Shown: piece by piece, positions 1 through 8,892 of the stretch | How the letters are laid out: every line of letters begins with the position of its first letter | Position numbering within the stretch: the first letter of the stretch is position 1 | Origin: an uncultured Oscillospiraceae bacterium | Lineage (GTDB): Bacteria > Bacillota > Clostridia > Oscillospirales > JAAYXM01 | Assembly: GCA_934646115.1 (NCBI GenBank) | Contig: CAKUEM010000004.1 | Coordinates: forward strand, 9,891 to 73,890 | DNA length: 64,000 bases | Direction of reading: 5' to 3' | Notes under the pieces: generated by a model | What the model was told of the DNA's origin: nothing | The model's database searches: none | What the model saw: only the letters and a program-made list of their open reading frames with translations | Translations under genes and position numbers: made by a program

Positions 1-459
1 GCCTCCGCCAATGATGGACGGACCGTCAAGGAAAATGCCCTTGATCGGCAGCTCGAGCATCTCGCGCAGACGATCGAAGAAATAATCGCGCCAGGGCGAA
101 TTCATGCAAATCATGATCTCGTTGGTATAGCCGGGCGCGGCATTGCCGTCCGCCGTACGCTGCGCCCAGTTGTCGTGCGCGGCAAATGTTTCTTTCGATA
201 CGATGTGTGCATTGGCGTAAAGAATAATGTTCCGGTCGGGCGACATGCTGATATAGCGGCGCACGCGCTCTTCGTCGCGCTCTTTGATGTAAAGCCCGAT
301 GACCTCCTTGCCAAATACATGCAATAGCTGCTCGGTATCGAATTTCGCGCGGTCTAAGATCGGGGGAGCAAGGAACGACTCGTCATGCTCCTGCTCAAAC
401 TGGATCGCGGCGATCAGAAGCGGGTCTTGATACCACTTTCTTGCGTTTTTCGTTGTCAT
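1..459 (-). CDS. hypothetical protein, N-terminal 153 codons only (gene runs off the left edge); weak resemblance to glycoside-hydrolase-like TIM-barrel proteins
   Basis: Minus-strand frame is open from ATG (459-457) to the window edge, with RBS aaaggag 7 nt upstream. Translation is MTTKNARKWYQDPLLIAAIQFEQEHDES...ICMNSPWRDYFFDRLREMLELPIKGIFLDGP. It is absent from the ORF track because no stop lies in the window. The track ORF 111..320 is a different frame. Confidence 0.55.
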   Translation of the reverse strand, partial: MTTKNARKWYQDPLLIAAIQFEQEHDESFLAPPILDRAKFDTEQLLHVFGKEVIGLYIKERDEERVRRYISMSPDRNIILYANAHIVSKETFAAHDNWAQRTADGNAAPGYTNEIMICMNSPWRDYFFDRLREMLELPIKGIFLDGPSIIGGG

Positions 460-576
460 GTTGCTAACTCCTTTATTTGCAAATGAAGTGCGTTTCTCTC
501 TCAAAATGCTCTGAAAAGAGCAGAAACGATGTCAATGCGCGTGATGAATACAAGAAGCGCAAGGCTTGATATCTTG

Positions 577-605
577 ATTCTAAAGCGTGAGGCGCGCATT
601 GTCAA
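577..605 (-). promoter_or_regulatory. candidate sigma-A promoter for the left-edge gene (TTGACA-17-TAGAAT on the minus strand)
   Basis: Plus strand shows attcta at 577-582 and tgtcaa at 600-605 with a 17-nt spacer. The 13-bp palindrome gcattgtcaatgc (596-608) overlaps the -35. Confidence 0.45.
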
Positions 606-719
606 TGCACTTATGTTTGAATTCAAAATAAAAACATTGTCTAATGTTATATTTTCAAGGGAATCTGTCTCTAAGCCGCGAAAAGGGGAAACTACAGGGA
701 AAAGATTGCAGATTCGCGC

Positions 720-757
720 AAGAAAACGGCGCACACTATCTCAAATAGCGCGCGCCG
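720..757 (-). terminator. rho-independent terminator downstream of upp
   Basis: Minus-strand RNA CGGCGCGCGCUAU-uugag-AUAGUGUGCGCCG forms a 13-bp stem (with G-U pairs) followed by UUUUCUU. It lies 10 nt after the upp stop. Confidence 0.7.
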
Positions 758-766
758 CAAAAGTGT

Positions 767-1396
767 TTACAGCGTTCCAAACAGGCGGTCGCCGGCGTCG
801 CCAAGACCCGGAACGATATACCCGTTTTCGTTTAAATGATCGTCCACCATGCCGCAGAAGATCTCAATATCCGGATGCGCTTCGCTGAGCGCGCGGATGC
901 CCTCCGGCGATGCGATGATGCACATCAGCTTGATTTTCTTCACGCCGCGCCGCTTTAAGCATTCCACCGCGGCGATCGCGCTGCCGCCCGTGGCGAGCAT
1001 CGGATCGGTCACGATGACCTGCCGCTCGGCGATATCCGGCGGGAACTTGCAGTAATATTCCACGGGCTTTAGCGTGTCATGGTCGCGATAAAGACCAATG
1101 TGACCGACCTTTGAGGCCGGGATCAGACTCATGAGCGAATCGACCATGCCCAGCCCTGCGCGCAGGATCGGAACGATCGTGACCTGCTTTTCCACCACCT
1201 GACCGCGCGTTTTGGCGACCGGTGTTTCCACGTCGATCTCGGTCAGCGCGAGATCACGCGTCGCCTCATAGCCCATCAGGAGGGCGATTTCGCCCGCCAG
1301 ATTACGGAAGTCCTGAACCGAAGTATTTTTGTCGCGCAGAATGGTAATTTTATGATGGATCAACGGATGGTCCATGATATGCAGCTTGGAATTCAT
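767..1396 (-). CDS. upp: uracil phosphoribosyltransferase
   Basis: 209 aa, [26 protein letters not shown]...[12 protein letters not shown]...[16 protein letters not shown]. Full-length match to the Upp family, including the PRPP-binding loop. Confidence 0.95.
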   Translation of the reverse strand: MNSKLHIMDHPLIHHKITILRDKNTSVQDFRNLAGEIALLMGYEATRDLALTEIDVETPVAKTRGQVVEKQVTIVPILRAGLGMVDSLMSLIPASKVGHIGLYRDHDTLKPVEYYCKFPPDIAERQVIVTDPMLATGGSAIAAVECLKRRGVKKIKLMCIIASPEGIRALSEAHPDIEIFCGMVDDHLNENGYIVPGLGDAGDRLFGTL

Positions 1397-1425
1397 AAGA
1401 CAGATCCTTTCTTTCTTTCAATTAC

Positions 1426-2694
1426 TTATACATCCTTTGGGAGAATCAGGTTCAGCAGAACGCCAACGATCGTTGCGATAAAGAGACCGGAAAGGTTCAG
1501 CGACACAGCGCCGATCGTAAGCGGAATGCCGCCGATTGCGCCGAAGCCGAGGCCGGTTGTTAAAATCAGCGCAACGATCACGAGGTTGCGCGAGTGCGTG
1601 AAATCAAGCTTTGCTTCTACCAGCGTGCGGATACCGATGCTCGCGATCATGCCGAAGAGCATGATCTCAACGCCGCCCTTGACCGGACCCGGAATCGTTT
1701 GCAAAAAAGCGCCGAGGTAGCCGATAAAGCCGAAGATGATCGCGAAAATTGCGGTTATGCGCAGAAGGCGCGGGTTATAGTTCTTTGTTGTGGCGAGAAC
1801 GCCGGTGTTTTCAGAATATGTGGTGTTTGCAGGACCGCCGAAGAAGCCTGCCACGCAGGTTGCAAGCCCGTCGCCCAGCAGCGTGCGATGCAGACCCGGG
1901 TCTGCAAAGAAGTTTTTGCCGACTACAGCGCCGTTGGTTGTGATATCGCCAATATGCTCCATAAACGTGACGAGCGCGACCGGCGCGATCGACAGGACCG
2001 CAGCCCAGCTGAATTTCGGAAGGGTAAAGAAATTTTCGGTAACATACGGGATATTAAAGAACGTTGCGGTTTCAAACGCGGTATAATCCATCGCAAATAC
2101 GCCGCCCAGATCAAGACAGACGCACAGCAGATAGCCGGACGCCATGCCGATCAGAATCGGAACGAGCTTAAAGAAGCCCTTGGCAAAAATCGTGCAGATA
2201 ATGACTACTGCGAGCGTGAAAGCTGCGATGCCGAGCGCGACCCACGCATCCGGCGTCATGCCGGCGGAGATATCCGCGCCGCCCAGCGCGTCCGTGATCG
2301 CCGTGCCGGCAAGACCGATACCGATGACCACGATGATCGGACCGGTCACGACCGGCGGGAAGATATTTTTGATATGATCCGCGCCGACGAGATAGACGAT
2401 CAGCGCAAAGAGCAGGTAAACAAGACCCGCGGCGATAATACCGCCCTGCGCATAGGGGATGCCCATTTCATTTACGATCATGGAGATCGGCGCGATAAAC
2501 GCAAACGATGAACCGAGGAAAACCGGAACTTCAAATTTTGTGCACAGGTGGAAAATCAGCGTGCCGATACCGGCGGTCACCAATGCGGTCGCCGGGCTTA
2601 AGCCGGTCAGCAGCGGGACGAGAATGGTTGCGCCGAACATGGCGAAGAGATGCTGAACACTCAGTGCGAGATCTTTTCCTGTGAGTCTTTGCAT
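1426..2694 (-). CDS. uracil/xanthine permease (NCS2 family, UraA/PyrP type)
   Basis: Multi-TM protein with NCS2 signatures (LSVQHLFAMFGATILVPLLTG, ENTGVLATTK). Start moved to ATG 2694 (MQRLTGKDL...), which is preceded by GGGAGGG. The track's upstream extension is encoded by a terminator-like hairpin. Located 30 nt upstream of upp on the same strand. Confidence 0.88.
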   Translation of the reverse strand: MQRLTGKDLALSVQHLFAMFGATILVPLLTGLSPATALVTAGIGTLIFHLCTKFEVPVFLGSSFAFIAPISMIVNEMGIPYAQGGIIAAGLVYLLFALIVYLVGADHIKNIFPPVVTGPIIVVIGIGLAGTAITDALGGADISAGMTPDAWVALGIAAFTLAVVIICTIFAKGFFKLVPILIGMASGYLLCVCLDLGGVFAMDYTAFETATFFNIPYVTENFFTLPKFSWAAVLSIAPVALVTFMEHIGDITTNGAVVGKNFFADPGLHRTLLGDGLATCVAGFFGGPANTTYSENTGVLATTKNYNPRLLRITAIFAIIFGFIGYLGAFLQTIPGPVKGGVEIMLFGMIASIGIRTLVEAKLDFTHSRNLVIVALILTTGLGFGAIGGIPLTIGAVSLNLSGLFIATIVGVLLNLILPKDV

Positions 2695-2749
2695 ATGTAG
2701 ACACCCTCCCATTTGTAATTGCCACGCGCAGCGCAAAACCCGTCCTCGC

Positions 2750-2778
2750 AAAAACAGCGCCGCAAAGAGGCGCGGCGC
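2750..2778 (-). promoter_or_regulatory. terminator-like hairpin inside the 5-prime leader of the permease-upp operon (candidate attenuator)
   Basis: Minus-strand RNA GCGCCGC-gccucuuu-GCGGCGC followed by UGUUUUUG, 56 nt upstream of the start codon. It is preceded by a second hairpin, CCAUGC-16 nt-GCAUGG (2781-2808). Confidence 0.5.
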
Positions 2779-2955
2779 GACCATGCAGGGACCGTTTGAC
2801 CGGCATGGAATATAACCTTAAAAATTATACACTATAAAAATCGATTTGAACAGTCTTTTCGCGAAATTTGTAAAATCTGTGCAAAAAGCACGATGAATAT
2901 TGGTAAAGTTGCGAAAAATCTGTCGCGCCGAATTGGCGCTTTGCACAAGGGGCGC

Positions 2956-2994
2956 AAGAAAAGGGACTTGCCCAAAAGACAAGTCCCTTTTGTT
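2956..2994 (-). terminator. rho-independent terminator downstream of the malic enzyme gene
   Basis: GGGACUUG-loop-CAAGUCCC hairpin flanked by U/A runs on both sides, 8 nt after the stop at 3002. Confidence 0.7.
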
Positions 2995-3001
2995 ACACAA
3001 A

Positions 3002-4180
3002 CTAGATGCGAGCCACGCCGCTCTTGCGCGCAGCGTCTGCCACCGCAGCGGCAACCGCCTTGGCAACACGCGGATCAAACGGAGCCGGAATGATGTAATC
3101 CGGGGTAAGATCCTTCTCGTCGATCAGGTTCGCAATCGCGTATGCGGCAGCGACCTTCATCTCATCATTGATATCGGAAGCACGCACGTCAAGCGCACCG
3201 CGGAACACGCCCGGGAACGCAAGCACGTTGTTGATCTGGTTCGGGAAGTCGGAACGACCGGTACCGATAACCGCGGCGCCCGCAGCCTTCGCCTCGTCCG
3301 GCATGATCTCCGGAACCGGGTTACTCATAACAAAGAGCATCGGATCCTTGTTCATGCTCTTAACCATATCCTGCGTGATGATGCCCGGGCCGGAAAGGCC
3401 AAAGACGACGTCAGCGCCAACGAGCATCTCGGCAAGCGTGCCGGCCTTCTTCTCGCGGTTTGTGATTTTCGCCATCTCTTCTTTTGCGGCGTTAAGACCT
3501 TCGCGGCCTTCGTAGATCGCGCCCTTGCGGTCGCAGAGGATCACTTCCTTCAGACCGAGCGCCATGAGCAGGCGGGTCACAGCGATAGCCGCAGCGCCTG
3601 CGCCGGAAACGACCGCCTTCAGATCGCCGATGTTCTTCTTGGTCAGGCGGCAAGCGCCGATCATCGCAGCGGCGGAAACGATCGCCGTACCATGCTGGTC
3701 ATCGTGGAAGATCGGAATATCGGAAACCTCTTTCAGCTTGCGCTCGATCTCGAAGCAGCGCGGCGCGGAGATATCCTCAAGATTCACGCCGCCGAAGCTG
3801 CCGAGCAGCATCTTCACGGTGTTGACGATCTCATCCACATCGTGCGAGCGGATGCAGAGCGGGAACGCATCGACATCAGCGAATTCCTTAAACAGAACGC
3901 ACTTGCCTTCCATAACCGGCATACCGGCCTCCGGACCGATGTCGCCCAGACCGAGAACCGCCGTACCGTCGGTAATAACAGCAACCAGGTTGCTGCGGCG
4001 GGTGTACTTATAGCTTAAATCTACGTCTTTGCTGATCTCAAGGCACGGCTCGGCAACGCCCGGCGTATACGCAACGGACAGCTCGTCCTTATTCGTGACC
4101 TTGCAGCGGCTGATGACTTCGATTTTGCCATGCCATTTTTCATGGTCAATGATCGCTTGCTTTTTGTAATCCATTTTCAT
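3002..4180 (-). CDS. NAD(P)-dependent malic enzyme (short, YtsJ/MaeB-N type)
   Basis: 392 aa, MKMDYKKQAIIDHEKWHGKIEV...AYTPGVAEPC...VITDGTAVLGLGDIG...GAGAAAIA...FPNQINNVLAFPG. These are typical malic enzyme motifs. Confidence 0.9.
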   Translation of the reverse strand: MKMDYKKQAIIDHEKWHGKIEVISRCKVTNKDELSVAYTPGVAEPCLEISKDVDLSYKYTRRSNLVAVITDGTAVLGLGDIGPEAGMPVMEGKCVLFKEFADVDAFPLCIRSHDVDEIVNTVKMLLGSFGGVNLEDISAPRCFEIERKLKEVSDIPIFHDDQHGTAIVSAAAMIGACRLTKKNIGDLKAVVSGAGAAAIAVTRLLMALGLKEVILCDRKGAIYEGREGLNAAKEEMAKITNREKKAGTLAEMLVGADVVFGLSGPGIITQDMVKSMNKDPMLFVMSNPVPEIMPDEAKAAGAAVIGTGRSDFPNQINNVLAFPGVFRGALDVRASDINDEMKVAAAYAIANLIDEKDLTPDYIIPAPFDPRVAKAVAAAVADAARKSGVARI

Positions 4181-4276
4181 TTACCTCCAACAAGAATATT
4201 TGCCAATATGCACTCTAATAAAACCATTGTACCATTTTGCGAAAAAATTATCAATCATTTTGCGCAGTAAAATGTG

Positions 4277-5200
4277 TTATATTTTTTCCAGAATTGCGGT
4301 TAAATTTTGATTATTATCACAAGATAGGCAGGAAATCTCCGGCGCAATGCGGCGCGCAAGCCCGGAGAGGACCTTGCCCGGACCATGCTCGATCGCCTGC
4401 GTGATCCCGGCGCTTGCAAGGTTTTGCACGGTATCGACCCAGCGCACCGGGCTGGTCATCTGCCGCGCGAGATAGGCGGGCAGATCGGAAAAATCATCGA
4501 TGGGACGCCCGGTTGTGTTTGAATACACCGGGATGCTCGGCGCGGAAAACGAAATTCCGGCGATGCGCGCGGAAAATTCCTCCGCCGCGTCCTGCATCAT
4601 CGCGCTGTGAAATGCGGCGTTTACGGCAAGACGCACCGCGCGCTTTGCGCCCGCATCCAGGCAGCGCTGCGCCGCCTCCGCAACGGCGGCTTCCTCCCCG
4701 GCGATCACGGTCTGCACCGGGGAATTGTAGTTGACCGGCAGCACATAGCCCGGCGTTTCGTCTGCAATCTGCGCGATTTTTTCGGCGCTTAAGCCGAGAA
4801 CTGCGACCATCGCGCCGCCGCTTTGCTCCGCGGCCTTTTGCATACAGTCGCCGCGCGCGCGGATAATTTGGAACCCATCCTCCAAACTGACCGCGCCCGC
4901 CTGCGTGAGCGCCGAGATCTCGCCCAGCGAAAATCCGGCCACAGCGTCCGGCTGCATGCCATGCTCCGCAAGCACCGCGCACGATGCGAGCGACATAGTA
5001 AAAATTGCGGGCTGGGTGTTCTTGGTCAGCGACAGTTCTTCAGTGCTTGCCGTGAAGCACAGCTTCATCAAATCAAGCCCCAGCGTGTCAGACCCCAGCT
5101 CAAACACGCGCCGCGCCGCTGCGTGATTTTCATAGAGATCACGCCCCATACCGGACACGGCAGCGCCCTGTCCGGCAAAGAAATAAGCCAAATTCGACAT
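4277..5200 (-). CDS. fabD: ACP S-malonyltransferase
   Basis: MSNLAYFFAGQGAAVSGMGRDLYE..., active-site GFSLGE, and AFHS near the C-terminus. Start moved to ATG 5200 behind GGGAGTG. Divergent from fabH. Confidence 0.9.
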   Translation of the reverse strand: MSNLAYFFAGQGAAVSGMGRDLYENHAAARRVFELGSDTLGLDLMKLCFTASTEELSLTKNTQPAIFTMSLASCAVLAEHGMQPDAVAGFSLGEISALTQAGAVSLEDGFQIIRARGDCMQKAAEQSGGAMVAVLGLSAEKIAQIADETPGYVLPVNYNSPVQTVIAGEEAAVAEAAQRCLDAGAKRAVRLAVNAAFHSAMMQDAAEEFSARIAGISFSAPSIPVYSNTTGRPIDDFSDLPAYLARQMTSPVRWVDTVQNLASAGITQAIEHGPGKVLSGLARRIAPEISCLSCDNNQNLTAILEKI

Positions 5201-5252
5201 GGTTTTTATCACTCCCATATGTTTTAATAACATTTTAATTCGTTCTGTATGA

Positions 5253-5281
5253 TTGACAAAGCATACGCTACGAAATATAAT
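5253..5281 (+). promoter_or_regulatory. exact-consensus sigma-A promoter upstream of fabH (TTGACA-17-TATAAT)
   Basis: TTGACA at 5253-5258, a 17-nt spacer, TATAAT at 5276-5281. It leaves a leader of roughly 115 nt before the fabH start. Confidence 0.6.
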
Positions 5282-5402
5282 GACATAGTAGTATGCCTGC
5301 GCAGCAAGTAAATTTTGGGATATCCTGCGCCTGCACTATGGATAGTATACCACGGCGAGCGCGTCTCGTCCAATAAAGAGCATATATAAGGAAGGGATCG
5401 CA

Positions 5403-6377
5403 TTGAAAAACGCCAAAATCGTAGGCACAGGGCGGTATTTACCGCCGTATCGTCTGACAAATGATGCGCTTTCCCGCATGGTTGACACCTCGGACGAATG
5501 GATCGTTTCGCATACGGGAATTCGCGAGCGGCGCATAGCGCAGGGCGAAACCACGGCGGAAATGGGCTATTATGCGGCACAGCAGGCGCTGGAAAACGCG
5601 AAAATCGCGCCGGAAGAGATCGATTTGATCATCGGCAGTACGGTCACGCAGGACTCTACCTGCCCATCCATGAGCTGCATGATCCAGGGGCAGCTTGGCG
5701 CGAAAAACGCGTTCTGCTTTGATCAGGTCGCGGCGTGCAGCGGCTTTGTGTTTGCGCTCGAAACCGCGCGGCAGTATATCGCGACCGGGCGGGTGAATAC
5801 TGTTTTGATCGTTGCAAGCGAGATGCTTTCTAAAATTACGGATTATACCGACCGGGCGACCTGCGTGCTGTTTGGCGACGGCGCGGGCGCGGCGGTCTTG
5901 CGCGCGGCGGATTGCGGCGGCGTGCTCGCAAGCTACATGATGTCTGATGGGGCGCGCGGCGATGTGTTGTCTTATCGCGCATTTGAAAATAAAAGTCCGT
6001 TTGCCGTGCCGCGTGAGGATACGCTGAGCGAGCATCTTTTTATGAATGGGCACGAGGTGTATAAGTTCGCGGTGCGCGCGATGCGGCAGGGGATGGAGGC
6101 AATTTTAAACGAGGCGGGGATCTCGGCGTCTGATCTTGCGTATATGATCCCGCATCAGGCGAATATCCGCATCATTGCGTCTATGGTCGATAAGTTTGGC
6201 ATTCCGATGGAAAAAGTATATATCAATTTAGAACAATATGGAAACATGTCCTCTGCGTGCATTCCGGTCGCGCTTGATGAGCTCAACCGTGCAGGGAAGC
6301 TGAGCCGGGGCGATAAGCTCGCGCTTGTCGGCTTCGGCGGCGGCTTGACCTGCGGCGCGGCGCTGCTTGAGTGGTAG
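5403..6377 (+). CDS. fabH: 3-oxoacyl-ACP synthase III
   Basis: 324 aa with a TTG start behind aaggaaggga. Cys-His-Asn triad contexts are AACSGF, PHQANIRI and GNMSSACIP. Confidence 0.93.
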   Translation: MKNAKIVGTGRYLPPYRLTNDALSRMVDTSDEWIVSHTGIRERRIAQGETTAEMGYYAAQQALENAKIAPEEIDLIIGSTVTQDSTCPSMSCMIQGQLGAKNAFCFDQVAACSGFVFALETARQYIATGRVNTVLIVASEMLSKITDYTDRATCVLFGDGAGAAVLRAADCGGVLASYMMSDGARGDVLSYRAFENKSPFAVPREDTLSEHLFMNGHEVYKFAVRAMRQGMEAILNEAGISASDLAYMIPHQANIRIIASMVDKFGIPMEKVYINLEQYGNMSSACIPVALDELNRAGKLSRGDKLALVGFGGGLTCGAALLEW

Positions 6378-6444
6378 CGGAGGGAAGATTACGAAGAAAG
6401 GAGATGTCATTGCGGAACGAAATCTGCAATGATACGTGGAAAGC

Positions 6445-7179
6445 ATGAGTAAAACAGCGTTAATTACCGGCGCGTCCCGCGGGATCGGGGCGGCCATCGC
6501 AAAGCGCCTTGCAAAGGACGGCTTTAACATCGTGATCAATTACAGAAACAGCATCGAGGAAGCGATGCGGCTGGAAAATGTTCTGGCGGGCTACGGCGTG
6601 AAAACGCTGACTTGGAAAGCGGATGTTGCGGATTATACCCAGTGTCAGGTCATGGTGAACGCCGCAGCGGAGGAGTTCGGCGGAATTGACGTGTTGGTCA
6701 ATAACGCCGGGATCACGCGCGACGGGCTGCTCGTCCGCATGAGCGAGGAGCAGTTTGATCAGGTGATCGCGGGCAACCTGAAAAGCGCATGGAATCTGAT
6801 GCGTCTGACGGGCGAGAAGATGCTGCGCGCAAAGCACGGCAAGATCATCAACGTCAGCTCGATCGTGGGCATCGAGGGCAACGCGGGTCAGGCAAATTAC
6901 GCCGCGGCAAAGGCGGGCATCATCGGCATGACAAAGGCGGCGGCGCGTGAGCTTGGCTCTCGCGGCATTACGGTCAACGCGGTCGCGCCCGGCTATATCG
7001 AAACGGATATGACGGCGGCGCTCCCTGCGGCGGCGCGCGATGCGATGAAAGAGAAAATCACGTTAAAACGTGCGGGGACGCCGGAGGATGTGGCTGGCGC
7101 GGTCGCATTTCTTGCGTCGGAGGACGCGGATTATATCACGGGGCAGGTTCTCGTAGTAGATGGCGGGATGGCGTTTTAG
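6445..7179 (+). CDS. fabG: 3-oxoacyl-ACP reductase
   Basis: MSKTALITGASRGIG..., NNAGI, SSIVG, YAAAKAG. An SDR of FabG length. The ATG at 6445 is preferred over the GTG at 6436. Confidence 0.92.
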   Translation: MSKTALITGASRGIGAAIAKRLAKDGFNIVINYRNSIEEAMRLENVLAGYGVKTLTWKADVADYTQCQVMVNAAAEEFGGIDVLVNNAGITRDGLLVRMSEEQFDQVIAGNLKSAWNLMRLTGEKMLRAKHGKIINVSSIVGIEGNAGQANYAAAKAGIIGMTKAAARELGSRGITVNAVAPGYIETDMTAALPAAARDAMKEKITLKRAGTPEDVAGAVAFLASEDADYITGQVLVVDGGMAF

Positions 7180-7196
7180 AAATGGATGGTGAACGT

Positions 7197-8432
7197 ATGA
7201 ATCGAGTGGTTGTGACCGGGATGGGCATCATTTCGCCGATCGGCAATGATCTTGACGCGGTGTGTCAGGCACTGCATACCGGGAAAAACGGGATCGGCGT
7301 GCTGGACGCTGCGGATACGACCGGCTATAAAACAAAGCTTGCCGCGCAGGTGCGCGATTTCCAGGTGGAAGACTGGATCGATAAGCGCAAGGCGCGGCGG
7401 ATGGACCGGTTTTGCCAGTTCTCCGTGGCGGCGGCTACGCGTGCGTATGAAGACGCGGGGCTTGCAGACGCAGAGTTTGACCCGTATCGTGCCGGCGTGA
7501 TCACAGGCTCCGGGATCGGCGGGATCCACACGTTTGAGGTGGAGCATACGAAGTATATGGAAAAGGGGATGCGCGGGATCTCGCCGCTGTTTATCCCCAT
7601 GATGATCCCCAATATCGCGGCGGGCATGATCGCAATGGAATTTGGGCTTCACGGCGCATCATACTGCACGGTGACCGCTTGCGCCTCCGGGTCGCACGCG
7701 ATCGGCGAGGCGTTCCGCGCGATCAAGCATGGGTATCTGGACCTTGCGATTACGGGCGGCGCCGACGCGGTGATCACGCCGATGGCGATCGGCGGTTTTG
7801 CGAACATGACGGCAACGACCGGCGCGGAAGATCCGAACGAGGCAAGTCTTCCGTTTGATGCGCGGCGCGGCGGCTTCGTGATCGGCGAGGGCGCGGGAAT
7901 GCTGGTTTTAGAAAGTCTTTCACACGCGAGAGCGCGCGGCGCGAAAATTTATGGCGAGATCACGGGCTATGGCGCCACGTCAGACGCATATCACATCACA
8001 GCGCCAGATCCGGAAGGGAAGAGCGCGGCGGTTGCAATGCAGCTTGCTCTGCGTGAGGCGGGGCTTGCGCCGCAGGATGTGTCATACATCAATGCGCACG
8101 GCACAGGAACGCCCGCGAATGACCAGATGGAAACGCGCGCGATCAAGCTTGCGTTTGACGATGCGGCAAAGCATGTTGCGATGAGCTCAACAAAATCGAT
8201 GACCGGGCATCTGCTCGGCGCGGCGGGCGCGGCGGAGGCGATCTTCTGCCTGCTCGCGATGCGCGATGGATTTGTTCCGCCAACGATCAATTATAAAGAA
8301 AAAGATCCGGAATGCGATCTGGATTGCACGCCCAACAAGGCGCGGGAAATGCCGATTTCAAGCGCGCTTTCAAACTCGCTGGGCTTTGGCGGGCATAATG
8401 CGAGTTTGCTGTTTCAGAAAGTGGAGGACTAG
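7197..8432 (+). CDS. fabF: 3-oxoacyl-ACP synthase II
   Basis: MNRVVVTGMG..., TACASG, NAHGTGT, GHLLGAAG, GFGGHNASLLF. The ATG at 7197 gives the canonical N-terminus. Confidence 0.94.
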   Translation: MNRVVVTGMGIISPIGNDLDAVCQALHTGKNGIGVLDAADTTGYKTKLAAQVRDFQVEDWIDKRKARRMDRFCQFSVAAATRAYEDAGLADAEFDPYRAGVITGSGIGGIHTFEVEHTKYMEKGMRGISPLFIPMMIPNIAAGMIAMEFGLHGASYCTVTACASGSHAIGEAFRAIKHGYLDLAITGGADAVITPMAIGGFANMTATTGAEDPNEASLPFDARRGGFVIGEGAGMLVLESLSHARARGAKIYGEITGYGATSDAYHITAPDPEGKSAAVAMQLALREAGLAPQDVSYINAHGTGTPANDQMETRAIKLAFDDAAKHVAMSSTKSMTGHLLGAAGAAEAIFCLLAMRDGFVPPTINYKEKDPECDLDCTPNKAREMPISSALSNSLGFGGHNASLLFQKVED

Positions 8433-8437
8433 TTGCG

Positions 8438-8884
8438 ATGGACGAAAAGAAGATCCAGGCGATCAAAAAGCTTGCGTTTGACATGGCGGATAAGCTGAAA
8501 AAGAACGAGCTGACCGCGTTTGATCTGGAATATGATGATTTAAAAATCTCCGTTCGGCGCGAGGGGATAGTCAGCGCTCCTCCGCCTGTTGCCGCCGCGC
8601 CGCGCGCGGAAGCGCCTGCCCAGCCCGAGCACGCGGAGGAGCGCCCTGCGGGCAACGTAGTCAAAAGCCCGATCGTCGGCACGTTTTATCAGGCGGCGGC
8701 GCCCGGGGGCGAGCCGTTTGTCAAGGCGGGCGCGAAGGTGCAGCGCGGCGACGTGCTCTGCATCATCGAGGCGATGAAAATGCTCAATGAGATCGAAAGC
8801 GAATTTGAGGGCGAGGTCACGCAGATCCTCGTTGCGGACGGCGAGCTGGTTGAATTCGGCCAGCCGCTGATGGTGATTGAATAA
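8438..8884 (+). CDS. accB: acetyl-CoA carboxylase biotin carboxyl carrier protein
   Basis: 148 aa with a Pro/Ala linker and the biotinylation motif EAMKM. Confidence 0.93.
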   Translation: MDEKKIQAIKKLAFDMADKLKKNELTAFDLEYDDLKISVRREGIVSAPPPVAAAPRAEAPAQPEHAEERPAGNVVKSPIVGTFYQAAAPGGEPFVKAGAKVQRGDVLCIIEAMKMLNEIESEFEGEVTQILVADGELVEFGQPLMVIE

Positions 8885-8892
8885 GAGGGATC

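Noticed and set aside
111-320. Track ORF 111..320 (-) and ORFs 501..734 (-) and 529..888 (+) near the left edge.
   Set aside because: 111..320 is out of frame with the open, RBS-preceded frame that runs from 459 to the window edge. The other two span an AT-rich promoter/terminator region and the upp 3-prime end, and have no coding features.
2781-2808. A PyrR-binding anti-antiterminator in the uracil permease leader.
   Set aside because: The hairpin loop (CGGUCAAACGGUCCCU) does not resemble the UCCAGAGAGGCU PyrR consensus. It is reported only as an unassigned attenuator candidate.
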